Shown here in pieces: positions 28,560 to 39,906 of a DNA stretch of 64,000 nt. The position numbers and the translations under genes are program-made. How positions within the stretch are numbered: the first letter of the stretch is position 1; every line of letters begins with the position of its first letter. Under the pieces are notes generated by a model, which saw only the letters and a list, made by a program, of their open reading frames with translations, had not been told where the DNA came from and did no database searches. The DNA comes from an uncultured delta proteobacterium (GTDB lineage: Bacteria; Desulfobacterota; Desulfobaccia; Desulfobaccales; 0-14-0-80-60-11), in contig CAWIDL010000032.1 of NCBI GenBank assembly GCA_963834795.1, forward strand, positions 34,979 to 98,978, written 5' to 3'.

Positions 28560-29825
28560 ATGATTAAGGCGATTCGGGGCATGCGGGACCTGCTGCCCCC
28601 GGAAACGGCCCGCTGGCAACGGGTGGAGCAGGTGGCCCGGGAGGTCTTCGCCCTCTATGGCTACCGGGAGCTCCGTCTGCCCCTGCTGGAACGCACCGAG
28701 CTCTTCGCCCGCTCCATCGGGGCCGACACTGACATCGTCGGCAAGGAGATGTACAGCTTTCCGGACCGCAAGGGCGAATCCCTGACCCTGCGCCCCGAGG
28801 CCACCGCCTCGGTGCTGCGGGCGGTCCTGGAAAACGGCCTGGACAAGGGCGGCGGAGTCAAAAAGCTCTACACCCTGGGGCCCATGTTCCGCTACGAACG
28901 GCCCCAGAAGGGGCGCTACCGCCAGTTTTACCAGATCAACTGCGAGGCCTTCGGGGTGGAGGCGCCGGAGCTGGACGCGGAGGTCGTTCTACTTCTCTTG
29001 GAAATCCTGGGGCGCCTGCGACTGGGGGCGGTGCGCTTGTTAATCAATTCTTTGGGTTGCCCGGAGTGCCAGGTGAAGTTCAAGGCGGCCCTGGGCCTGT
29101 TTCTCATCAGCAGGGAGGGTCTGTGCGAGGACTGCCAGCGCCGCCGGACCACCAACCCCTTGCGGGTCCTGGACTGCAAGTCGGTGCATTGCAAAGAGAT
29201 TTTAAAAGACGCCCCGGTGATCCGGGATTATCTGTGCGCCGACTGCGCCGCCCATTTCGCCCGAGTGCTGGAGTTGCTGCGCCGCTTTGGGGTGGCCTAC
29301 GAGGAGCAGCCCCGCCTGGTGCGAGGGCTGGACTACTATACCCGCACCGCCTTTGAGGTGGTGGCCCCGGGGTTGGGGGCCCAGGACGCGGTGGCCGGAG
29401 GCGGCCGCTACAACGGCCTGTCCCAGCAACTGGGCGGCCCGGCCCTGCCCGCGGTGGGCTTTGCCATCGGCCAGGATCGCCTCCTGGAAGTCTTGCCCCG
29501 GGACCCTTTGGGCCAGGACCGGGAATTCAAGGTCTTCCTGGCGGCCCTGGGCGGGGCGGCCCGGGATCGGGCCTTCGCCTTGCTGCAAGAGCTGCGGCAG
29601 CACGATATCGCCGTCGAAATGGACCTGGAAGGGCGCTCTCTCAAGGCGCAGATGTCCCTGGCGGATCGTCTCAGGGCCGCCTGCGTGATCATCATCGGCG
29701 AAAAGGAATTGACCGACAATAAAGCCCAGGTTCGGGATATGGCTGCCGCACATCAGCAATCAATATCTTTCGCTGGCATTGTGGATCATCTGGAGATGGT
29801 AAAAGAGCGCCACGCCAATATATAA
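28560..29825 (+). CDS. hisS: Histidine--tRNA ligase
   Basis: MIKAIRGMRD, LRPEATA, MFRYERPQKGRYRQF, LVRGLDYY, GGGRY. TTGACA promoter box at 28497. Confidence 0.97.
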   Translation: MIKAIRGMRDLLPPETARWQRVEQVAREVFALYGYRELRLPLLERTELFARSIGADTDIVGKEMYSFPDRKGESLTLRPEATASVLRAVLENGLDKGGGVKKLYTLGPMFRYERPQKGRYRQFYQINCEAFGVEAPELDAEVVLLLLEILGRLRLGAVRLLINSLGCPECQVKFKAALGLFLISREGLCEDCQRRRTTNPLRVLDCKSVHCKEILKDAPVIRDYLCADCAAHFARVLELLRRFGVAYEEQPRLVRGLDYYTRTAFEVVAPGLGAQDAVAGGGRYNGLSQQLGGPALPAVGFAIGQDRLLEVLPRDPLGQDREFKVFLAALGGAARDRAFALLQELRQHDIAVEMDLEGRSLKAQMSLADRLRAACVIIIGEKELTDNKAQVRDMAAAHQQSISFAGIVDHLEMVKERHANI

Positions 29826-29874
29826 GAAATTCTAAATCAGACTCTCGCGCCGCGATAATCGGGCGTGGCGGCAG

Positions 29875-29985
29875 GTCAGTTTTCAGCTTTTGGATTTTCG
29901 GTTTTGGGTTTTCGGTTTTTTATTAGCGGTCAGCTTTTGGGTTTTTGCTTTTAGCTGACTGCTGATCGCTGAGAGCTGACAGCTA
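29875..29985. repeat. Heptamer-periodic hairpin element (TCAGCNN / NGCTGAN arms, T-rich heptamer core)
   Basis: gtcagtt ttcagct tttggat tttcggt tttgggt...tagctga ctgctga tcgctga gagctga cagcta. Confidence 0.85.
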
Positions 29986-30057
29986 TTAGGGGAATTCTAT
30001 TCAGGTTTCCTGAAAATCCCCCGCCCCCCCCCTTGAAAAGGGGTAGAAGGGACACCA

Positions 30058-31836
<1,779 letters not shown>

Positions 31837-32076
31837 GTCAGCTGTCAGCTATCAGCGATCAGCAGTCAGCTAAAGCAAAAACAAAAAACCAAAGCTGAAA
31901 AGCCGACAGCTGATGAATAATAGCAAATGTCAAGGCCGGCTGATATATTTGATGGGTATATCCACAAATGAAGGCACTAATTGAATTTACTTAAAAGCAC
32001 CCAAAACCCAAAAGCTGACAGCTGACAACTGAACGCTGTAGCTAAAAAAAGCTGAAAGCTGAAAGCTAACAGCTAA
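31837..32076. repeat. Two heptamer-periodic elements between aspS and Re-citrate synthase (31837-31915, 31995-32076)
   Basis: gtcagct gtcagct atcagcg atcagca gtcagct-A-rich-agctgaa...; aagctga cagctga caactga acgctgt...aagctga aagctga aagctaa. Confidence 0.85.
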
Positions 32077-32086
32077 GGATTAAATT

Positions 32087-33916
32087 ATGGCACGCTGGAA
32101 CAAGGACCGCCGCTTATTGGACCACGAGCACTCCGGCTTCTGGAAATACCGCTTGCAGGAAGTGGAGACGCCCAACCTGATGCGGGATGTCTTTCCTTAC
32201 ACCGAGGTAGCCCGCATCGATTTCGATTATAAATACGTGTTGCCCTTGCCCCCGGAGGATATGCTAATCACCGACACTACCTTCCGGGACGGGCAACAGG
32301 CCCGGCCCCCTTATACGGTGCGCCAGATCGTGGATATCTTTGACATGTTGCATCGCCTTTCCGGCCCCTGGGGGATTATTCGCCAGAGCGAGTTTTTCCT
32401 TTACAGCGACAAGGATAAGGAGGCGGTGGAGCACTGCCGGCAGCGGGGCTACGCCTTTCCGGAGATCACCGCTTGGATCCGGGCCAATGCCAAAGATCTG
32501 GCCCTGGTGGAGGAGATGGGTCTCAAGGAAACCGGCATCCTCACCTCGGTTTCCGATTATCATATCTTTCTCAAGCTCAACTGGAACCGGCGCCGGGCCC
32601 TGGACGAATACCTGGGCATCGTCAAGACGGCGCTGGAGATGGGGATCAAGCCTCGCTGCCATCTGGAGGATATCACCCGGGCGGATATCTACGGCTTTTG
32701 CGTGCCCTTTGCCCTGGAGTTGATGCACTTGCGGCAAGAGAGCGGCATCGACATCAAGCTGCGCCTGTGTGACACCATGGGATATGGAGTTCCCTATCCC
32801 GGCGCCGCCCTGCCCCGCAGCGTCCCCAAACTGGTGCGGGCCATGATTGACGACGCCGGGGTTCCGGGCCACCTCTTGGAATGGCACGGCCACAACGACT
32901 TTCACAAAGTCATGGTAAACAGCGCCACTGCCTGGCTTTACGGCTGCAGCGCGGTGAACGGCGCCGTCCTGGGGTTCGGGGAGCGCACCGGCAACGCCCC
33001 CATCGAGGGCATGGTCATGGAGTACATCTCCCTGCGGGGCAGCACCGACGGCATGGACCCCCGGGTGATCACCGAGATCGCCGATTACTTCGAAAAGGAG
33101 CTGCACTACCACATCCCCGCCAATTATCCCTTTGTGGGCAGGAACTTCAACAGCACCAGCGCCGGTATCCACGCCGACGGTCTGCTGAAAAACGAAGAAA
33201 TCTATAACGCCTTTGACACCGCCAGTATCTTAAACCGGCCCGTCTCCATCACCCTCACCGATAAATCCGGCAAGGCCGGCATTGTCCATTGGATCAATTC
33301 CCGGCTCGAATTGACCGGGGAACGGGCCGTGGACAAGAACCACCCGGGGGTGGCCAGTATCTACAAGCGCATCATGCAACAATATGAAGAGGGGCGCTGC
33401 ACCTCCATCTCCACTGAGGAGATGGAGAAGCTGACCCGCAAGTATCTCCCGGAGCTCTTTGTCTCGGAGTTCGACCAGCTCAAGGCCAAGGCCCACACCT
33501 TAGCGGCCCACCTGGCCGAAGACCTGGCCCAGCGGTCCGAGATTAGATCCATGAGTCCGGAGGTCATTGAGCCGGTGTTGCAAGAGGCCTTGGAATTATT
33601 CCCCTTTATCCAGTTCATGTACGTCACCAACACGGAAGGCCGCAAGGTTACCCGGAACATCACCCATATTGTTTACCGGGCCAAATATGCGGAGATGCAA
33701 TTGGACGAAGACTTATCCAACCGCCCCTGGTTCATCGAGCCCATTAAGAGCGGCAAGGTCTTTGTCTCCGATTTTTACACCTCCCGATTCACCGGGGCCC
33801 TGTGCATCACGGTGAGCGTGCCGGTGCTCAACGACCAGGAAGAGGTCCAGGGCGTCTTGGGGCTGGATATCCGCTTTGAGGCCCTGGCCAAGCTGGAGCA
33901 GGAGGAGGAAAGCTGA
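32087..33916 (+). CDS. Re-citrate synthase-like (DRE-TIM/LeuA family) with C-terminal Cache/PDC-like domain
   Basis: ITDTTFRDGQQAR, WHGHNDF, GERTGN; closely resembles the Syntrophus aciditrophicus Re-citrate synthase as recalled. C-terminus RPWFIEP...FYTSRFTGALCITVSVP...GVLGLDI is Cache-like. Confidence 0.85.
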   Translation: MARWNKDRRLLDHEHSGFWKYRLQEVETPNLMRDVFPYTEVARIDFDYKYVLPLPPEDMLITDTTFRDGQQARPPYTVRQIVDIFDMLHRLSGPWGIIRQSEFFLYSDKDKEAVEHCRQRGYAFPEITAWIRANAKDLALVEEMGLKETGILTSVSDYHIFLKLNWNRRRALDEYLGIVKTALEMGIKPRCHLEDITRADIYGFCVPFALELMHLRQESGIDIKLRLCDTMGYGVPYPGAALPRSVPKLVRAMIDDAGVPGHLLEWHGHNDFHKVMVNSATAWLYGCSAVNGAVLGFGERTGNAPIEGMVMEYISLRGSTDGMDPRVITEIADYFEKELHYHIPANYPFVGRNFNSTSAGIHADGLLKNEEIYNAFDTASILNRPVSITLTDKSGKAGIVHWINSRLELTGERAVDKNHPGVASIYKRIMQQYEEGRCTSISTEEMEKLTRKYLPELFVSEFDQLKAKAHTLAAHLAEDLAQRSEIRSMSPEVIEPVLQEALELFPFIQFMYVTNTEGRKVTRNITHIVYRAKYAEMQLDEDLSNRPWFIEPIKSGKVFVSDFYTSRFTGALCITVSVPVLNDQEEVQGVLGLDIRFEALAKLEQEEES

Positions 33917-33922
33917 ATTTAA

Positions 33923-34021
33923 TAGCTTGCGGCGGTCAGCGGGCAGCAGTAATAGCTGTCAGCTAAGGCAAAAGACAAACGAGGTTTTGTTTTAAGCTGA
34001 TCGCTGAAAGCTGACCGCTAA
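33923..34021. repeat. Heptamer-periodic hairpin element
   Basis: ggtcagc gggcagc...agctgtcagct-aaggcaaaagacaaac...gttttgtttt-aagctga tcgctga aagctga ccgcta. Confidence 0.8.
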
Positions 34022-34420
34022 TAATGGTCCTTCCCTGTAAAAATCTTTTTGACAAGAGAATCACAATTTCCTGGATTCTCAGCCTTGCGGCGATTCGCTA
34101 TACTGCAACCATTACCATGGCCGGGTCCGGCAGCGGGGTCGGGGAAATGAGCAGAATTTCCTTACCTATTCACCTTTGCCTGGCAGCCATGCCCGTTGAG
34201 AGGCGCAGCTTTACGGTGGCCCCGGTCTGGATTATCCTGGGCGGCAGGCAAGAATTAGCGGAAAACCTGGGAGGGGAGCCCTTAAGTAATCCTGGCGAAG
34301 GATAGCTTCGGTTAGAGAAGGGTTGTTAATGGCTGGTCCGGCTGCCGGTGGCTCCAACCCTTTTCCGTGGCCTCCTACCCCCTGAATGATTTTCTTAACA
34401 TCCCCTAGTGAGGTGGCGGC

Positions 34421-36097
34421 ATGTGCGATCCCTATAAATTAGAAGAAGTTAAGGCCGCTAAGGCCAAGTATGACGAGACCGTGGCCAAGGTGTTGACCAA
34501 GATTCCGGAGCGCAAGGCGGAGTTCGTCAATACCTCCGGGATCCCCATCGCCCGGGTTTATACCCCTCTGGACATGGCGGATTTCGACTATCTGCAGAAA
34601 TTGGGGGTGCCGGGCCAATACCCTTACACCCGGGCGGTGCAGCCTACCGCCTACCGGGGCCGCTATTGGACCATGAGGCAATACGCCGGCTTCGGCTCCG
34701 CCGAGGAGACCAACGAACGCTACCACTTTCTGCTGAAGTCCGGCCAGACCGGCCTCTCGGTGGCCTTCGACCTGCCCACCCAGATCGGCTATGACTCCGA
34801 CGCCCCCCTGGCCCGGGGGGAAGTTGGCAAGGTAGGGGTGTCCATCGACTCACTCTGGGACATGGAGCGCCTTTTTCAGGGCATCCCCCTGGACCAGGTG
34901 TCCACCTCCATGACCATCAATTCTCCTTGCGCCGTGCTCCTGGCCATGTACCTGGTGGTGGCGGAAAAACAAGAGGTCGCCTTTGACAAGCTGCGGGGGA
35001 CGGTGCAAAACGACATCCTCAAGGAGTATTCCTCCCGGGGCACCTACATCTTCCCGCCCCGGCCCTCCATGCGGCTGATTACCGATATCTTCGAGTATTG
35101 CACCAGGGAAGTCCCCCAATGGAACACCATCAGCATCAGCGGCTACCATATCCGGGAGGCCGGCTCCACTGCGGTGCAGGAGATCGCCTTCACCCTGGCC
35201 AACGGCATCGCCTACGTAGAGGGGGCCATTAAGGCGGGCATGAAGGTGGATGAGTTCGGCCCGCGCCTGTCCTTCTTCTTCAACTCCCATCTGGATTTCC
35301 TGGAGGAAGTGGCCAAGTTCCGGGCCGCCCGGCGGCTGTGGGCCAAGATCATGAAGGAGCGCTTCGGGGCCAAGGATCCCCGCTCCCTGATGCTGCGCTT
35401 CCACACCCAGACCGCCGGCTGCTCTCTGACGGCCCAGCAACCCTTGAACAATATCATACGGACGGCCTTCCAGGCCATGAGCGCCGTCCTGGGCGGCACC
35501 CAATCCCTGCACACCAACTCCTTCGACGAGGCCATGGCCCTGCCCTCTGAAACCGCGGTGCAGGTGGCCCTGCGCACCCAACAGGTCATTGCCTATGAGA
35601 CCGCGGTGAGCGACACCGTGGATCCTCTGGCCGGCTCCTACTACCTGGAGAACCTGACGGACGCCATCGAATTCAAGGCTCAGGAGTATATCGACCAGAT
35701 CGACCGCCTGGGAGGAGCCGTGGCCGCCATCGAACAGGGCTTTGTGCAGCGGGAGATCGGCGCCAGCGCCTACCGCTACCAGAAGGAGATTGAAAAAGGC
35801 GAGCGGGTGGTAGTGGGGCTGAACCGCTTCCAGGTGAAAGGTGAAGAGAAGATTCCCCTCCTCAAGATGGCCCCCGAGATGGAGGATAAACAAAAGGCCC
35901 GCCTTAAGGAACTGAGGCAGACCCGGGACAACGCGATGGTTCGCCAGACCCTGGCCCAACTCAAGACTGCGGCCCAGGGCGCCGACAACCTCATGCCCCC
36001 TATCCTGAGCGCGGTGAGGACCCTGGCCACCCTGGGGGAGATTTGCGACACCCTGCGGGAGGTCTTCGGCGAATACGAAGCCCCGGCTATGGTCTAA
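34421..36097 (+). CDS. Methylmalonyl-CoA mutase, substrate-binding (large) subunit of a split enzyme
   Basis: WTMRQYAGF (Tyr specificity residue), [29 protein letters not shown] (Arg), [21 protein letters not shown]. Confidence 0.93.
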   Translation: MCDPYKLEEVKAAKAKYDETVAKVLTKIPERKAEFVNTSGIPIARVYTPLDMADFDYLQKLGVPGQYPYTRAVQPTAYRGRYWTMRQYAGFGSAEETNERYHFLLKSGQTGLSVAFDLPTQIGYDSDAPLARGEVGKVGVSIDSLWDMERLFQGIPLDQVSTSMTINSPCAVLLAMYLVVAEKQEVAFDKLRGTVQNDILKEYSSRGTYIFPPRPSMRLITDIFEYCTREVPQWNTISISGYHIREAGSTAVQEIAFTLANGIAYVEGAIKAGMKVDEFGPRLSFFFNSHLDFLEEVAKFRAARRLWAKIMKERFGAKDPRSLMLRFHTQTAGCSLTAQQPLNNIIRTAFQAMSAVLGGTQSLHTNSFDEAMALPSETAVQVALRTQQVIAYETAVSDTVDPLAGSYYLENLTDAIEFKAQEYIDQIDRLGGAVAAIEQGFVQREIGASAYRYQKEIEKGERVVVGLNRFQVKGEEKIPLLKMAPEMEDKQKARLKELRQTRDNAMVRQTLAQLKTAAQGADNLMPPILSAVRTLATLGEICDTLREVFGEYEAPAMV

Positions 36098-36102
36098 GAT
36101 TT

Positions 36103-36186
36103 TAGTTCAAAGTTCAAAGTTTAGGATTCGAAGTTCAAGTGAGAAGGGCTTAGGGCTCTTAACCTTGAACCTCGAACTTTGAACTA
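36103..36186. repeat. Heptamer hairpin with a different unit (TTCAAAG arm / TTGAACT arm)
   Basis: ttcaaag ttcaaag tttagga ttcgaag ttcaag...cttaacc ttgaacc tcgaact ttgaact. Confidence 0.85.
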
Positions 36187-36204
36187 TCTATAAGGAGATC
36201 CGAG

Positions 36205-36609
36205 ATGCCGGAAGAGAGAAAAATCAGGGTGCTGGCCGCCAAACCCGGATTGGACGGCCATGACCGCGGAATCAAAGTGATCTGCGCCGCCTTGCGGGAC
36301 GCCGGGATGGAGGTGATCTACACCGGCCTCCGCCAGACCCCGGAGCAGATCGTCGCGGCAGCCGTCCAGGAGGACGCCGACGTCATCGCCATGAGCGTCC
36401 TGTCCGGGGCCCACAACCATCTGTTTCCCCGGGTGATGGAACTGGTCAAGGAAAAGGGCATTCAAGACGTCCTGGTCATGGGGGGCGGCATCATCCCCGA
36501 AGAGGACATTACCCCCTTGAAACAGGTGGGGATCGCCGCCATCTTCACCCCGGGCACAAACACCAGCGACATCATCAATTTCATCCGGGAACACGCCAGG
36601 AAAAATTAA
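36205..36609 (+). CDS. Cobalamin-binding small subunit of methylmalonyl-CoA mutase
   Basis: [10 protein letters not shown] (DxHxxG), SVLSGAH, GGGIIP, IFTPGT. Confidence 0.95.
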   Translation: MPEERKIRVLAAKPGLDGHDRGIKVICAALRDAGMEVIYTGLRQTPEQIVAAAVQEDADVIAMSVLSGAHNHLFPRVMELVKEKGIQDVLVMGGGIIPEEDITPLKQVGIAAIFTPGTNTSDIINFIREHARKN

Positions 36610-36620
36610 CCGTAAACCCT

Positions 36621-36902
36621 ATTAGCTGTCAGCGATTAGCTTTCAGCTATCAGCTTTCGGGTTTTTGGTTTTTGGTTTTTGGTTTTTGCTTTTTGCTTTT
36701 TGCTTTTAAGCTATTGCCTTCCTTTGTGGATGGCCCGGCGGCCACAGGCCGCCCTATAAAATCCCCTAGCCCTACCGCTTATCGGGCGGGCTGTGCCCGC
36801 CGCCTTACTCTGCCCAATACTCATTAGTTGTGAGCGGTTTCAGCTTTAAGCTTTCAGATTTTTGCTTTAGCTGAGTGCTGATGGCTGATAGCTGACAGTT
36901 AT
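36621..36902. repeat. Heptamer-periodic elements at 36621-36714 and 36833-36902 plus REP-like palindromes
   Basis: tgtcagc gattagc tttcagc tatcagc ttt; (ggttttt)n (tttttgc)n; tagctga gtgctga tggctga tagctga cag. Confidence 0.85.
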
Positions 36903-37016
36903 TACGCCCGCCCCCCTGCCCTTTCGTGGCACAAGCCTTGCCCCCCCCATAAATTATCGTCACGCCATGGGCGGTTGAGCCCGGCCCTGCGACTGCGCTG
37001 AAAAAACCGAAAAAGG

Positions 37017-37098
37017 CGGTTTTCCGTTTTTCGTTTTCTGTGAAAATTAAAAGCAAATTCAAAGGCCCCTGAGCACGGACGGAAAACAGAAAACAGAT
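37017..37098. repeat. Dispersed ~80-bp element with (GTTTTCT)n/(AGAAAAC)n arms and TGTGAA..CAAA..TCA.AGGCCCC core; copies 39791-39877 and 52629-52700 (inverted)
   Basis: Three copies aligned by eye; core and arms conserved. Confidence 0.85.
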
Positions 37099-37182
37099 AG
37101 GGCGGCCCGTGGCCGCCACCCACGGGGCGACAGTGGCACAGGCTTCCAGCCTGTGATTGGGGCGCCCTGGCGATGGCGGCTG

Positions 37183-37274
37183 TCAGCTTACCGCGGTAAG
37201 CCGTCAGCCTTTGGATTTTATGGGTTTTTGTTTTTGCCTTTAGTTGACTGCTGACCGCTTACTGCTGATAGCTA
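37183..37274. repeat. Heptamer-periodic hairpin element
   Basis: ctgtcagc...cgtcagc ctttgga ttttatg ggttttt gtttttg ccttt agttga ctgctga ccgctta ctgctga tagcta. Confidence 0.8.
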
Positions 37275-37422
37275 TTGGGCACTTTTGCCCAAGGGGAAAT
37301 AGGTATTTTTGCCAATGGCAGAGGGAGCTATCTGTTCTTATTTTGCAAAAAATGAGGGAATGGCCATTTGCTCCCCCGGGTTCCCTCTTAGCAAGACCGG
37401 ATCATACTCAGGGTGGCGTCTT

Positions 37423-37710
37423 ATGAAAACTCCGACCAATATTATTAAGATATCCCTGGCCGCAGCCATTTTGGCGCTACTGACCTTTAATCCCGGGAGC
37501 CCGAGGTGCGAGCCGCAGCCGGCCGGCCCGCCTGAGGCGCAGCCCCAGGTCAGGCAAGACCACCCCAGGGCCGGCAAAATCGAGGACCGGGACCGTCGGG
37601 ATGAAAAGAACCAAAGGTTTAGAGAACTCGAATCGCTGATCAAAGGAAGTCTCATGATCCAGTATCAGAGACTGGATGCCATTGCAGACCTGCAATATCA
37701 ACTTGATTAA
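37423..37710 (+). CDS. Hypothetical secreted protein (95 aa)
   Basis: Signal-peptide-like N-terminus (MKTPTNIIKISLAAAILALLT) then a charged helical tail; no family recognised. Confidence 0.5.
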   Translation: MKTPTNIIKISLAAAILALLTFNPGSPRCEPQPAGPPEAQPQVRQDHPRAGKIEDRDRRDEKNQRFRELESLIKGSLMIQYQRLDAIADLQYQLD

Positions 37711-37739
37711 AGATTAACGTCAGTCTCTACCCTCCTGCC

Positions 37740-38102
37740 TCACTCCTGGATCCAGATCCAGGCTTCCGCCAGGTGTTCCCGCAAAAAGGTGCGCACCTCC
37801 CCGGGCATGAAACGGGCGAATAACTTCAGCAGGGCGTCGGCCCAAAAAGAGGCTCCGACCAGGGCCACCTTTTCGAAGTCGCCCCGGTGTTTCAGGTCCA
37901 GCTTGACATCCTCCCACCAGGCCCCCGGGGTCCAGCCCCGAAAGTCCGGGTCCAGATGAAACAAGAGCCGCACCTTGCCGTGCTCCCGGATAACCATTCT
38001 CAGGCGGGGAACGAAGACCTCCCGGTAATCCTGGACGGTGAGCCGCTCCCTGGCCCGCAGCCATAGGAGCGGGCCTTCGCTTTCCGGCATAACCTCCAGC
38101 AT
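37740..38102 (-). CDS. STAS/SEC14 (SpoIIAA-like) domain protein
   Basis: LTVQDYREVFVPRL, HGKVRLLF, F.GW...AWWEDVKLDLKHRGDFEKVALVG, EAWIWI; GGAGG RBS. Confidence 0.88.
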   Translation of the reverse strand: MLEVMPESEGPLLWLRARERLTVQDYREVFVPRLRMVIREHGKVRLLFHLDPDFRGWTPGAWWEDVKLDLKHRGDFEKVALVGASFWADALLKLFARFMPGEVRTFLREHLAEAWIWIQE

Positions 38103-38675
38103 GGCGCCCCTCCAAAGCTTTTATGCTGCAAGTTGGTACGTCACGCAGGTGGGCCTGGCCCATCTTCTCCAACCGGCGGGCCAACTTATGGTGGAGAGTG
38201 CCCACGCTACCTAAACAAGTTAATGAGCCCGCACCGGAAAGTCAAAGTAAGGGTGCGTCGCATCTACCCTTAACGACTCGTAAGACGCGTCCTACCTGGT
38301 ACGCCGGCCCGCCCCGCCTTATATGTTGGCATGGACAGGTTCCCGGAAATCTTGCTGGGAGTTTTGCCGGGTCTGCCTCCCTGACAGGCAGCGTATTTCT
38401 TGTATTTCCATTTAGAGAGATTATCTTGGAAGCCCAAAGAACATCCGCGCAACTCTCTACCAAGTTGCCGTCAAACATAGAAAAATCTGTGGTAGGGGCG
38501 CACCCATGCGTGCGCCCACCCAAGGGCGGACACACCGGTCCGCCCTTACACCAGAACAAGATTAGGGCTTCTGAGAGGCGCCCGGCTGGAAATCCTGGGG
38601 CTCCTCCTCCCTGAACGTCTTGATTTCTATGATCCCCTCGGCTATATTTTATGAGTGAGGTTCACGAGACGATCC

Positions 38676-38849
38676 ATGAGCCCGGAGGAACTGGAGGCGA
38701 AAATCCGGCTCGCGGCTCCCCAGGGCAAAATTGCCTGCGCCGCGGCCTTTCGCCTGGCCGAGGAATTGTCCATTTCCACTCAGGAAATGGGAAAGCTCCT
38801 GGACAAACTCGGAATCAAAATCGAGCTGTGCCAGTTGGGTTGTTTTTAA
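38676..38849 (+). CDS. Small conserved Cys protein (57 aa; KIACAAAF...IKIELCQLGCF)
   Basis: C...CQLGCF pattern seen in small proteins of anaerobes; ends 2 nt before the rSAM start. Confidence 0.75.
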   Translation: MSPEELEAKIRLAAPQGKIACAAAFRLAEELSISTQEMGKLLDKLGIKIELCQLGCF

Positions 38850-38851
38850 CC

Positions 38852-39787
38852 ATGTCCCATTCCCATCTATTCGGACCGGTGCCTTCCCGCCGCCTCGGGC
38901 GGTCCCTGGGGGTGGACTTGATCCCCCGGAAAACCTGTCCCTTTGACTGCATCTATTGCGAGGTGGGCCCCACCAGCCACCAGACGGAAACCCGCTTCGA
39001 TTACGAGGCGGAGGCCATGGTGGCGGAGCTGAGCGCCTACCTGGAGGGCAGCGCTCCGGAACTCGATTTCATCACCCTGGCCGGCAGTGGCGAGCCCACC
39101 CTGAACCAGGGGATGGGGGGCATCATCCGGCGCCTGAAAGAGTTGACCGCCATCCCGGTGGCGGTGCTGACCAACGGCGCCTTGCTCCACCTCCCGGAAG
39201 TGCGCCGCGAGCTTAAGGCCGCGGACCTGGTGCTGCCATCCCTGGACGCCGCCCGGGACCAGGCCTTCCAGGCCGTCAACCGCCCCTTGCCAGGCTATCC
39301 CCTCAGCCGGCTGTTGCAGGGCCTGGAGGCCTTCCGCCGGGAATATCCGGGCCCTATCTGGCTGGAGGTGCTGTTGCTTAAGGGCCTCAACGACTCCCAG
39401 GAGGATCTGGAGGCCCTGCGCCGGGCCTTGCGGACCCTGGCCCCGGACAAAGTGCAGCTCAACACCGCGGTGCGCCCGGGGGTGCTGAACCAGGCCCAGC
39501 CATTATCTTTGGAGGCCCTGGCGGCCATCGCTTGTGGCCTGGAGGGCGAGGTGGAAGTGATCGCCTCCTATGAGGGCGCCTGCCAGGCGGCCGCGGCCCC
39601 GGATGACGCAACTCTGACCGAGATGCTGGCCCGACGGCCCATGACCGCCGTCGATCTGGCCGGGGTCTTGGCCCTGCCCCTGCCCCTGGTGCAAGAGAAG
39701 CTCCAGCGCCTGGAGCAAGCAGGCCAAATTTTCTGCACCTGCTATCATGACCAAGATTTTTATCAGCTTGTAATGCCGGGTTGTTAA
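38852..39787 (+). CDS. Radical SAM protein (COG0731/TYW1-like FGPVPSRRLG family) with C-terminal helical extension
   Basis: LFGPVPSRRLGRSLGVDL, CPFDCIYCE, TLAGSGEPTL, AVLTNG, PSLDA, VQLNTAVRP. Confidence 0.88.
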   Translation: MSHSHLFGPVPSRRLGRSLGVDLIPRKTCPFDCIYCEVGPTSHQTETRFDYEAEAMVAELSAYLEGSAPELDFITLAGSGEPTLNQGMGGIIRRLKELTAIPVAVLTNGALLHLPEVRRELKAADLVLPSLDAARDQAFQAVNRPLPGYPLSRLLQGLEAFRREYPGPIWLEVLLLKGLNDSQEDLEALRRALRTLAPDKVQLNTAVRPGVLNQAQPLSLEALAAIACGLEGEVEVIASYEGACQAAAAPDDATLTEMLARRPMTAVDLAGVLALPLPLVQEKLQRLEQAGQIFCTCYHDQDFYQLVMPGC

Positions 39788-39906
39788 GGCAGTTTTCGGT
39801 TATCTGTTTTCTGTTTTCTGTGAAAGGCAAAATCAAATTCAAAGGCCCCTTGGCAGAGACAGAGAACAGAAAACAGTTTCGATCCGCGCCTTCGGGGGTT
39901 TCGAAT

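Noticed and set aside
34421-36097. Isobutyryl-CoA or 2-hydroxyisobutyryl-CoA mutase identity
   Set aside because: QYAGF (Tyr) and SRGTY (Arg) match methylmalonyl-CoA mutase, not the Phe/Ile and Gln of ICM/HCM.
38220-38640. Possible riboswitch or ORFs (38123-38614, 38242-38559) in the gap before the small Cys protein
   Set aside because: No c-di-GMP, SAM, TPP or other aptamer consensus recognised; the ORFs cross REP palindromes and have no motifs.
39781-39906. N-terminal extensions in the ORF track (55, 8956, 38651, 39781, 50817, 55524, 46627, 45687)
   Set aside because: They run through repeats or neighbouring genes; downstream starts match family N-termini and RBS positions.
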